From the NCBI GenBank assembly GCA_964546585.1, contig CAZJKE010000001.1, positions 27,521-91,520 on the forward strand: a stretch of 64,000 bases of DNA, written 5' to 3'. The first letter of the stretch is position 1; each line of letters begins with the position of its first letter. This document shows positions 48,797-58,300 of the stretch, one piece after another. The notes beneath the pieces were generated by a model. That model saw only the letters and a list, made by a program, of their open reading frames with translations. It searched no databases and was not told the DNA's origin. The stretch is from an uncultured Isosphaeraceae bacterium. GTDB taxonomy: Bacteria > Planctomycetota > Phycisphaerae > Phycisphaerales > SM1A02. Made by a program: the position numbers and the translations under genes.

Positions 48797-50095
48797 CTAG
48801 GCGGGCAGAATCAGACCACGGCAGGCACCAAAGCCGATGCGGCGAGCACCCTCGCGTTCACACCACGCCTTGATGATGACCTCATCGCCATCCTGCAGAA
48901 ATCGCCGCTGCGTGCCGTCCGGGAGATCCAGCGGCTCGGTTCCCCGCCATGTCAATTCCAACAGACATCCCCGGGACTCCGCCCCGCTGCCGCTGATCGT
49001 CCCACTCCCCAAGAGGTCGCCGCTGGACATGGGGCAACCCGTACTCGTGTGGTGGGCCAACATCTGAGCGAACGACCAAGTCAGATCTGCCGCCGACCCT
49101 CGGCTCAGGCGAAGCGGGGCCATGCCCTGCTCCCGCATCCCCGCAGATGACAGCGACGCTTCAACGGAGATATCCAGGACATCGTCCGTAACAGGCAGCA
49201 AGTATTCCAGCACCGCAGGATCATCCGATTCCCGCTCAGGCCCACCCATTCGAAAAGGCGCCAACGCATCCATCGTGACCACCCACGGAGAAATCGTAGA
49301 GGCAAAGTTCTTGGCATTGAACGGTCCAAGCGGCTGGTACTCCCACTTCTGCACATCCCGCGCCGACCAGTCGTTCAGGATGACGACCCCGAACAGATGA
49401 TCCATCGCATCGCCGATCGCCACCCGCTCGCCAATGGGGTTATTGGTGCCGACAAAGGCGCCAAGTTCCAGTTCGTAATCAAGAAGCCGACAGGGACCAA
49501 ATGTGGGCGGAGCGTCCTCTGGCTTTGTCTGGCCGCACGGTCGTTTGATCGGCGTGCCCGACACCACGATGCTGCTCGCCCGTCCGTGATATCCAACCGG
49601 CAAGTGCAAGTAGTTTGGGAGCAGTGGATCGCCGTCCGGCCGAAACATCCTGCCGACATTGGTCGCATGATGCCTCGCTGCATAGAAGTCCGTGTAGTCA
49701 CGGATCTCGACCGGCATGACAAGCGAAGCACCACACTGTGTTCGCAACAACTCGGGCCTCGGCGTTGCCGCGCTGTCCAGAAGATCACCGACAGCCACTC
49801 GAACGCCGCGCCAAGCCTCGGGCCCCAGAGCCATCAGTTCATTCAGCGACTCCGATCGCAGTGATGCCTGCAATTCTTCTGAGAGCATGTCGAAGACGCC
49901 AGCTAGAACCGCCGCGTGCATATCGAGTGCCTTGTCCCCGATGCCCACCACAATCCGCCGTCCTTCGGCAGACTCCATCACTGCGAAAGGCAGGTTCTGT
50001 ATCGGGAAATCCGTGCCGGGATCCTGCGCGGATTGCTCCCATGACGTGCGGTGGGACTGATGTGTGTCGTCAAGTGCGACCATGGAAGGCGGCAT
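48797..50095 (-). CDS. fahA: Fumarylacetoacetase
   Basis: N-terminal DFPIQNLPFAV and a FAH-fold C-terminal domain. Start set at ATG 50095 (alternative 50083), 1 nt after the upstream stop. Confidence 0.85.
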   Translation of the reverse strand: MPPSMVALDDTHQSHRTSWEQSAQDPGTDFPIQNLPFAVMESAEGRRIVVGIGDKALDMHAAVLAGVFDMLSEELQASLRSESLNELMALGPEAWRGVRVAVGDLLDSAATPRPELLRTQCGASLVMPVEIRDYTDFYAARHHATNVGRMFRPDGDPLLPNYLHLPVGYHGRASSIVVSGTPIKRPCGQTKPEDAPPTFGPCRLLDYELELGAFVGTNNPIGERVAIGDAMDHLFGVVILNDWSARDVQKWEYQPLGPFNAKNFASTISPWVVTMDALAPFRMGGPERESDDPAVLEYLLPVTDDVLDISVEASLSSAGMREQGMAPLRLSRGSAADLTWSFAQMLAHHTSTGCPMSSGDLLGSGTISGSGAESRGCLLELTWRGTEPLDLPDGTQRRFLQDGDEVIIKAWCEREGARRIGFGACRGLILPA

Positions 50096-50096
50096 G

Positions 50097-50978
50097 CTAC
50101 ACCAGAGACATGGCGGAGAGGTCGCCCCACGCCTCACGCGGATCGCAACACCCGAAACCCAAGGCGAATTCCTGCCGCGACTCCACGATCAACTCCAGGG
50201 GAACCTTGAACCCGGCAATGGCCGCATGCTTGTCGTCGAAAGAGACCGTCGAACAATCGCCGCAAGCGAGAATTGCGGCAACATCCTCCATCGAGGCCTG
50301 CAGGCCATACGCCGCCGCGGCCCCAAGGAATACGCCGAGAAAACCGTGTTCGTCTGCCCCAACCGTTTCGTTCCTGTTCGGCATGGGATGATGCAGCCCG
50401 GCAGTTGCCTTGAACGGCACTCCCGCCGCCGCGCAGTGAACGATGAACGCCGCCACCGCCTCTACCGGCGGGTACAACTCCGGGCGAATGCCGCCAGTGC
50501 GGATCTTCGCGCAGGCACCTGCTCCTGCCACGGCAGCAATCCCTCCCCGTGGGTCGGCCTGCCAGTCCACTTCAATGCAGGGTAGAATCGACGGTCCAAG
50601 AAGCGCAACCGCCTGCTCGACCCCCTCCTCCTGGCCACCGAGTTTCAACTCCACAACATCAATGGCCGGCTCATCATGGGCCGCATTGAATGCGTGAACA
50701 GTGTCAACCGCAGCAGCAAACTCTGGATCGTCAGCGGGTGGCAGCAGCGCCGAGATACACCACAAGTCAAGATCCTCCACTCCGGCCGAATCAGTGAACA
50801 AAGACAGTGACGCAGCTGGCGTAATAAACCTTGCGATCGCCCATTGCAACGGCAGGTCCAACAGTTCGTCGTATTCCGCCACGGCAGCGGGCATGTCCAA
50901 GTCCGCCGGAGGAAACAAACCGGCATAGTCAAAGAGCCCGTCAAGCAGAACTGTCAGCGTCGGCGGGAGGTCACTCAT
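50097..50978 (-). CDS. Conserved-looking protein of unknown function (293 aa)
   Basis: Globular composition with no motif I can assign (CAKIRTGG and FKATAGLHHP stand out). ATG 50978 overlaps the gltX stop (ATGA); its stop abuts the fahA start. Confidence 0.5.
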   Translation of the reverse strand: MSDLPPTLTVLLDGLFDYAGLFPPADLDMPAAVAEYDELLDLPLQWAIARFITPAASLSLFTDSAGVEDLDLWCISALLPPADDPEFAAAVDTVHAFNAAHDEPAIDVVELKLGGQEEGVEQAVALLGPSILPCIEVDWQADPRGGIAAVAGAGACAKIRTGGIRPELYPPVEAVAAFIVHCAAAGVPFKATAGLHHPMPNRNETVGADEHGFLGVFLGAAAAYGLQASMEDVAAILACGDCSTVSFDDKHAAIAGFKVPLELIVESRQEFALGFGCCDPREAWGDLSAMSLV

Positions 50979-52636
50979 GTTCCGCTTGGCTCCGGAAGAC
51001 GGTTGGCCAAACACCGGTCGATGCGGTCCATGACCTCATCCTGCCCCAGAATGGCAAGCGTGTCGAAGATCGGCGGGCTGACCGTGCCGCCGCTCACCGC
51101 CACGCGCAGTGGTTGTGCGACCATTCCCAGTTTTCCATCGCAATGCTCCTGAGCCCACGCCGAAACCGTTGCCTCCAGAGATGGTGTCGTCCACGCATCC
51201 AGCAACGCGAGCACCGGCCGAACGGCCTCCAATCGTTCGTATCCGCACGGAGATCCCTTGCACAGTGCCTTTCGAACCCCCTTCACATTCGGCCACTGGA
51301 TCTCCGACGCCGGGCGAACAAAGAACATCCCGGTGCGGACCGGGTCTGCCAGCGTCTTGGATCGCTCCTTGTTCGAACGCGCAAACACATCGAACTGCTC
51401 GGGTGTCATGGCGGACAGGAACGCCGGCTGCCAGTCCTCGCAGAAAGACCGCAGCCGATCAGCAAACAGGTCGTGCGGCATCGCCTGAATGGCATCCAGA
51501 TTGAACGCCAGCAGTTTCTGCCGGTCAAACTTCGCCGGCGACTTCACTATTCGCTCAAGCGAAAAGTGCTCTACAAGAAAATCCTTGTCGAACTGTTCCA
51601 CATCGTTACCGGGCGACCATCCGAGCAGCGCCAGGTAATTCACCAGCACTTCAGGAAGGTACCCCGCCCGCCGAAAATCGCGAACATCGATCTCGGGCAA
51701 CTCGACGCCAATCGCATGTGCGAGCGCCGTCGCGTCCGCAAGTCCAAGTTGCACATCCTTGGACGCCAGCCACGATTTCCATGTATTGCCATCGACCGTG
51801 TGTGGTGGCGGATCGTCCAGCCCCGCCTCTCGCACGGCTGCACGCAGCGCCTTGTCACGGTCCCGCTTGGACATCTTCGATCCATCAGGATTGAAAATCA
51901 GGGAGATGTGCGCGTAGACCGGCCTTCGGAAACCAAGTGCATCCTGCAACAGCACATGCCTTGGCGTGTTGTTGAGATGTTCCTGGCCGCGAATGACATG
52001 CGTCACTCCCATGAGTTCGTCGTCCACCACGACCGCCAGGTGATAGGTCGGAAATCCATCGGCCTTTTGAATGACAAAGTCATCCACCTCACTGGCCTCG
52101 GTGGTTACATCCCCAAGAACAGTGTCAGACACCGTGACGCTCTCATCCGAAACGGCGAACCGAACAACATGCGGCCGACCCTCAGCAAGCCACAAGGCTT
52201 CGTCTTCGGCAGATACTTCCGGTCGCTCGTACCGGTATGGCTTTCCTGCCTTCCTCGCCTTTGCACGCGCGGAGGCGAGTTCCTCGGTTGTCTCGAAGCC
52301 GCGGTAGGCAAGGCCGCGATCGAGAAGGTCTGCAAGAAAGGTGTCGTAGATGTCATTCCGCGCCGACTGACAGTACGGCCCCGCATCGCCTCCGCCGCAC
52401 CCCTGCCATTCAGGGCCTTCATCCCAACCAATGCCGAGCCATTGCATGTCCTGCTGAAAGCCACCCACGGCTTCGTCGCTGGACCGCTGTTGATCAGTGT
52501 CTTCTATGCGAAGCAGGAATTGCCCGTCTCGGCCGCGTGCGAACGCCCAGCAAAACAGTGCCGTCCTGGCGCCGCCAACATGAAGGTGCCCCGACGGACT
52601 GGGCGCAAACCGCGTCTTGACCGGACCATCAGTCAT
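50975..52636 (-). CDS. gltX: Glutamyl-tRNA synthetase
   Basis: HIGH-type RFAPSPSGHLHVGGARTALF and KMSKS-type KMSKRD. Start set at ATG 52636, overlapping the pssA stop (ATGA). Confidence 0.9.
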   Translation of the reverse strand: MTDGPVKTRFAPSPSGHLHVGGARTALFCWAFARGRDGQFLLRIEDTDQQRSSDEAVGGFQQDMQWLGIGWDEGPEWQGCGGGDAGPYCQSARNDIYDTFLADLLDRGLAYRGFETTEELASARAKARKAGKPYRYERPEVSAEDEALWLAEGRPHVVRFAVSDESVTVSDTVLGDVTTEASEVDDFVIQKADGFPTYHLAVVVDDELMGVTHVIRGQEHLNNTPRHVLLQDALGFRRPVYAHISLIFNPDGSKMSKRDRDKALRAAVREAGLDDPPPHTVDGNTWKSWLASKDVQLGLADATALAHAIGVELPEIDVRDFRRAGYLPEVLVNYLALLGWSPGNDVEQFDKDFLVEHFSLERIVKSPAKFDRQKLLAFNLDAIQAMPHDLFADRLRSFCEDWQPAFLSAMTPEQFDVFARSNKERSKTLADPVRTGMFFVRPASEIQWPNVKGVRKALCKGSPCGYERLEAVRPVLALLDAWTTPSLEATVSAWAQEHCDGKLGMVAQPLRVAVSGGTVSPPIFDTLAILGQDEVMDRIDRCLANRLPEPSGT

Positions 52637-53535
52637 GTCGAACTCCGAGGGAATCCCATGCGGCCAGCCAGGAGCCGAACTGGTCCAGAAAGTGCGTAGG
52701 CCGCAAAGCCAAGGGCGACGGTCTCCTGGAACCACCAGATCACAAGAAGGACAATGATGACTGTCCCGGCAAGGAACCGGAATGACTGCGGACGACCAAA
52801 GTACCGGTTGACGAAATGATCGTAGGGGATGGTCGACACCATCGCTACTGCGCACAACAACGCGACACCCGGCACCCCAAAGGCGTAGGCGCGGCCAAGC
52901 CAGGCCCCGCCCGAGTCAACAGCGAGCAAGTGCTGATGAAGAATGATCAGTGCAGCCATCGTGCCCGCGGCGCCTGGCGATGGCATCCCATGGAACGAGA
53001 GGCGGTCATTCGGACCGCGTTCCGGCTGGGCCTCGACATTGAACCTCGCAAGCCGCAACGCAGCACAGCACACATACACTGCGGCGATGCCCCATACCAC
53101 CTTGCCCCATGGCAAGTCCGCCTCCGGTCCAAGCACCGTCAACTGCCCGTCATCACCCAGATATCCCCGCACCAGACTCAACATCATGATCGCCGGCGCG
53201 ACACCGCAGGTCACAAGGTCAGCAAGCGAATCGAGCGATGCACCGATCTCGGAGACACTGCGAGTCAATCGGGCGATGGACCCATCGACGCTATCCAGGA
53301 TCAGGCCAAGAAAGATCATGGCCCCCGCCATCGTCAGTCCACTCCAACCCCAAGGACCTTGCCACGCCGGGTCTTTGACGGCGTAGTGGATCGCAGCAAA
53401 CCCCGCGACGAGGTTGCCGAGGGTGAACAACAGTGGCCAGACAACCGTCGGGGGCATTCGCCTCCACGGCCGTCCATTCGAGTCCTCTTCCGGCAAGGAG
53501 GATGGGGGTGATTCTGTTGGACTATCCACCGTCAT
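52633..53535 (-). CDS. pssA: CDP-alcohol phosphatidyltransferase (phosphatidylserine synthase-like)
   Basis: DSVDGSIARLTRSVSEIGASLDSLADLV matches D-x2-DG-x2-AR..G-x3-D-x3-D. Multiple TM helices. Confidence 0.75.
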   Translation of the reverse strand: MTVDSPTESPPSSLPEEDSNGRPWRRMPPTVVWPLLFTLGNLVAGFAAIHYAVKDPAWQGPWGWSGLTMAGAMIFLGLILDSVDGSIARLTRSVSEIGASLDSLADLVTCGVAPAIMMLSLVRGYLGDDGQLTVLGPEADLPWGKVVWGIAAVYVCCAALRLARFNVEAQPERGPNDRLSFHGMPSPGAAGTMAALIILHQHLLAVDSGGAWLGRAYAFGVPGVALLCAVAMVSTIPYDHFVNRYFGRPQSFRFLAGTVIIVLLVIWWFQETVALGFAAYALSGPVRLLAGRMGFPRSST

Positions 53536-53547
53536 GAAGTCCCCATT

Positions 53548-54354
53548 CTACCAATGGGCCTCCTCCGATGAACATGCTTCAAAGGCGATGAATGACACGA
53601 CATCCTCATCGCCTCTGATCCCACCCATGATCGCCTCGCCCAGCCGCAAGGCCGCGGGGCCATCATCCTGCGGGCCAGTAATATCACTCGGCGCATGTCG
53701 CATGGGGACGGCAATCAGGAGCGCTTCGCCCGGCTTCAACATGCACTCGACTTCCAGTTCATCGAAGACGCGCGAGTGCCGCGGCGGCGGTGTTTGCCCG
53801 GGAATGGTCGCGACAGAACCCGGCACATGCCATACCGGGACAATCTGGAGGTACACATGGCGGCCGGTCTCCCGTTCCACCGTCCAACTGCGACCAAGGA
53901 GGGTCAACCAACCTCGATCCACGAGATAGGTCGTGCCGCTGGCCGCAATGAGTACGCCCGGCGCAGCGATCGCTGTCTGTTGCATGTCTCGCCAACGGTA
54001 CACCTGACCGTGCCAATCAACCCGCCCCGGCTCGATGTCACCCACACTCGCCACGATGGCAGGTAGATCCAACATGTCCACCTTGCGGACAAACAGCCCG
54101 TCAATCTCCAATCGCTGTGATCGCTCTGCGGAGCATGCCGCAGAACCAAGGTCGCCCAGCACGCTCACAAGACCGTCCGGGCTTCCCTTGGCCAGAAACG
54201 ACCGCACGATCAGCCCGTCGCCACCCACTTCTACGCTCGCCTCAACTGCTGAAACATTCGTCGCAGTCCTGGCCGGCTGGGGAGTCTCGCAGCCGGCGAG
54301 CATGATGCCAACAATCCACAACACAGGAATCGCCCCGCGAACCGGTCCCATCAC
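53548..54354 (-). CDS. Putative lipoprotein, function unknown
   Basis: IPVLWIVGIMLAGCETPQP signal and lipobox. GTG 54354 / ATG 54351 overlaps the stop of the upstream LOG-family gene. Confidence 0.5.
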   Translation of the reverse strand: MMGPVRGAIPVLWIVGIMLAGCETPQPARTATNVSAVEASVEVGGDGLIVRSFLAKGSPDGLVSVLGDLGSAACSAERSQRLEIDGLFVRKVDMLDLPAIVASVGDIEPGRVDWHGQVYRWRDMQQTAIAAPGVLIAASGTTYLVDRGWLTLLGRSWTVERETGRHVYLQIVPVWHVPGSVATIPGQTPPPRHSRVFDELEVECMLKPGEALLIAVPMRHAPSDITGPQDDGPAALRLGEAIMGGIRGDEDVVSFIAFEACSSEEAHW

Positions 54355-55367
54355 GCAGGCTCACACATGTTCAATGCATCGATGAGTTGTCGCAGACGGC
54401 CGTAACTGCGGCGATTGTGCGGCACGACGAGTCTCGGTAATTCCAGATGATCGGATTCGCCCGGCAGAGGGCCGCTTTGTACCAGACAACCTTCTCGAAT
54501 AATGTCCTCGAATTGGCTATTCAGCGACTGAACGGACTCATCGCTCATGGCGAAGTTCATCCGGATAACGAAGTCGCTTCGCACATAACGGCTGGAGTGA
54601 TACACGCGGTAGAACTGCTTGATGTGCGCCGCTGCATCGGCCGGTGACTTGGCAACATGAAAGAAGGAAAGGTCCTCTTCACTGATCATCCCGCGGCGAA
54701 GGAGATCCTCCAGGACGTGCGCTGCCCAGCTCGACCAGTAGTCGTTGCCTTCACCCGCGCACAGCACAATGGGAAGAATGTTGGACTTGCCCGTCTGCAC
54801 AAGGGTCAGCGCCTCGAACAACTCATCCTGCGTGCCGAAGCCACCGGGAAAGACCGCAACTGCATCAGCGTGGGTCATGAACATGAGTTTGCGAGTGAAA
54901 AAATAGCGGAAGTTGATCAACTTCGGATCGCCTTCAATGATGGCGTTGGCGGTTGTCTCGAATGGAAGCCGGATCGCAAGACCAAAGCTCGCCTCACGCT
55001 GCGGACCCTCATGGCCCGCTTTCATGATGCCGTCACCTGCACCAGTGATCGCCATCCACCCCTGCTCCGCGATCAACGCGCTGAATCGTCTTGCCGCCTC
55101 GTAGTCAGCGTGTCCCTCTGGCGTGCGGGCGGATCCATAGATCGTCGCCTTTCGCACGCCGCGATATCTGTTGAACACGCGGTAGGCATACCGCATCTCC
55201 TTCAATGCGTGCGACACCAGTTTGACCTGTCCGGCATCGTGCCCTTCTCCGGCCATCTTCAGACAGGTCTCAATCATCTGGGCGATCAAATCGCAGCGAA
55301 TGTCCTCCGAATCAAAGGACGAAGAATCTGCCACCAACTGTCGAATGCCATCTGCGGTCATCGTCAT
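54351..55367 (-). CDS. LOG/TIGR00730-family nucleotide 5-prime-monophosphate nucleosidase-like protein (PpnN-like extended form)
   Basis: ITGAGDGIMKAGHEG and PGGFGTQDELFEALTLVQTGK motifs, with extra N- and C-terminal extensions. Confidence 0.7.
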   Translation of the reverse strand: MTMTADGIRQLVADSSSFDSEDIRCDLIAQMIETCLKMAGEGHDAGQVKLVSHALKEMRYAYRVFNRYRGVRKATIYGSARTPEGHADYEAARRFSALIAEQGWMAITGAGDGIMKAGHEGPQREASFGLAIRLPFETTANAIIEGDPKLINFRYFFTRKLMFMTHADAVAVFPGGFGTQDELFEALTLVQTGKSNILPIVLCAGEGNDYWSSWAAHVLEDLLRRGMISEEDLSFFHVAKSPADAAAHIKQFYRVYHSSRYVRSDFVIRMNFAMSDESVQSLNSQFEDIIREGCLVQSGPLPGESDHLELPRLVVPHNRRSYGRLRQLIDALNMCEPA

Positions 55368-55387
55368 GAGCCCACTATCGTACGCAT

Positions 55388-58300
55388 CTATTTGGAGGAT
55401 GGGGCGAATGAAGGCAGGACCACTACCGAAACAGTCGGATCCAACAGCGGTCCGCTGACATCCACGACGAAGAGGGCGTCCGTGATGACCCCGGCAACAT
55501 CGCGCAGGCCCGCCCAGCCCGCGCGTGGCTTGAGCACCGCATGCACTTCCATCTCCGGGTAGGCAATCGTGCCAGTACCGGTCATGATGAACGGCGTCCC
55601 AGCGGCATCGCTGTCCTCCAGCCAGATACTCTCCAGGACCAGTTCGTCCCCTCGGAGATACAGTTCGATATCTGCGTGATCGATCACATCCGCCGTTGGA
55701 GGTGTGAACTCAAGAATCCGCAGTGCCTGCATCGACGCTGGAATAGTCGCGAGATTGCCATTCCTTACTGTCACCCTTCCGCGGCCATGGCGGCTGTTCA
55801 TGTTGCCGCGATCGCCCGCCACACCGAACCATGCCGTCAACGCTCCCTCCAGTCTTGCCACGGCGTCCTTTGCGTCCGCGGACGCAAGTTGCACGCCATC
55901 GAGCAACACCGTGACATCGAACTCGGTCCGGTCGCCAATGCCCACCGATCCAGTGACGGCAAGCACACCGCCGCTCGACCAACCCCGCACATCCTCCAGG
56001 CGTAGGATCTCCTGCGCAGCATCAAGCCGCAGGACTCCTCCTACGTCTGTCACCGTGCGCCCTGCCAGTGACAGTCGCTCCATGTCAAGAATCAAGTCAA
56101 GTTCAGAGAGACGCTCCTTCTCATAGGCTCCGTTGATGTGCACGACACCATCAATGTCCTTCAATGGCAATCCAGCAACAATGGATGTGTCGCGAATGTC
56201 CAGATCACCCTCGAAGACGACGCCAAGGTCATCGAACGACTCCCCGTGCAGACGGAGTTGTCCCTGGCCTCGCTTGATTTCGCTCTGGCCGCCGGCCAGT
56301 TCGATGGCCTCGAATGTCGTACCGACACCCCCGGGGAGCACGGTGAGAAGGGCCGGGTCATCCGCCGGCCCCCGCCACTCCATCGACAACAGCCCGCCGA
56401 TACCCTGGCTGGTCCTGATCGTCCCTCCAATACCGAACACACCCTCCCCCAACCTGCCGCTGAATTCTTCCAACTGCAACATGCCCGGCTGGAAGACGGC
56501 ACGGCCCTGTTCAAGCTGAATCTCGACCCGTCTACCGCCGAAATCTGCATGAAAACTGGTCGGTTGGAAGACCACATCGTAGTCAACCTCACTCGCCTCG
56601 CCCCTGACATCAATCGTGGCAATGAAGCGGCCTTCGGGGTCATAGGAGTCAACGACGGCAGACGCTCGCGAACCGCCTGCAATTTCCGCAACACCCCGTA
56701 TGAGCGGCAAGGCCATGTTGCCCGACTCCCAGCCACCCTGCAGGTCGAGTGCCGCTTCTTCCGTCGCGGCTTGCACCTTGCCGTTCAGATGCAACACGCC
56801 GTCGCTTCGCTCATCCGACGATGCTGCAAACCGAAAGTCTTCGAATCGAATGTCGCCATCAACTACTCGGATCGTTCCCGACTCGGGAACAAGTTGCTCC
56901 GTCCCCCAGTCGGTTTCCAACGCAACCGAATTCGGTTCGGCAACCAGCGTCAGTAAACCCTCGCCATCAGTATGTACAAACGAAAACGTGGCATCCATCG
57001 TTCCCCGTGGTGACAAGACATGCCACGCAGATGCAAGCCTCTGCGCGGACTCCGGAGGGAGCACACCCACCAACCGGTCGCTGATCGGTACGCTCTGTCC
57101 GACCATGTTCAATTCCAACCTCTCATGGGAGATCGACATGGCTCCGATCATCGTGCACTCGCCCGAGGTCGCAGACGCATTGGTCACTTCAATTCCATCG
57201 GCGCTCACCTGGATAAACGCACTGACATCACCCAACCAGAATCCGGGAGGCCAGAACGGACCTGCTGCCCCAATGGCGGTGGCAAGAGACGGCTGAAGAA
57301 TCGATGTGCCACTCGACACGCCCACGGCAAACTCCGCAGCAATCCCGCCGTTCCCATTTGCGGCAATCTTGCCAGTGGCGGTGACCTTCCCTTGCAACCC
57401 CAAACCGTTGAGCAAGGCCAACGCTGTCTGATAGGAATCACCCGCGAGCATTGACACCGATTGGACCAGCGTGGGGGTGATGGACTCTTGCGCAAGTTCT
57501 ATGACCAGTTCCGGAACAGGATCTGCTCCGTCTGGGAAATCCACGCGTCCGGAGATCGCCCCACGGCCGCCGCCAGGTCCGTGAATCGGGACTGGTGATG
57601 TTTCACCAATGACAATGTACTCCTCGCCGACAATGACTTCGCCGGGCCCGACAACGACCGGATACGGGAACTCGCGATGCACAACGCCAATTCCGTCGAA
57701 GAGAATCTTCCCCGTCACCGCTACATCACCTTGTGGCTGAGAGGCGATCGAGAACTCCAGATCGATGGTCCCTCCCGGCTCAAAGGAACGCAGGACGCCC
57801 ATGGCTGCTGCCTGCCCCTGCTGCAAGCGGAGTCTCGCAACCTCCTCCGCTGGCGTGTCCGAACCCAGTTCGGCCAGCGCTTTGCTCAGTGAGACTTCTC
57901 GCACCTTCGCGTCGCTGATCATCGCAGCATCCGGAAGAACGCTGTTCTTCGATAGCGAGGCAATTGCCTCCTTATCGAAAAGACGGTCCAGCAGGTCCTG
58001 CAGCGTTGGAGACAGCGCCCTCCGGAGGGCCGCATCGACCGGTGCATCCTGCACCATCAAAGTGAGGTCCACGGTGGGTTCACTTGCGAGACTCAACACA
58101 TCGCCCCAGATCTGCACGGTGGAAGAGTCTGCGCCGCGAGCTTGCAGCGACTCGATCACGACATCGTCGTTCTTCACTGTGATGATTGCCTTCACATCGT
58201 GCAGCGGATACTGGAACCACTCGTATTCTCCGGACCCGCCCTCGATCATCACCTTTCCAATCAAGGAGTCCTCGCCCTTCTTCCGCTCGTAATTGAACTG

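Noticed and set aside
50831-52699. 622-aa plus-strand ORF
   Set aside because: Arg-rich shadow ORF antisense to gltX and the adjacent unknown gene. The minus strand carries clear HIGH and KMSKS synthetase motifs.
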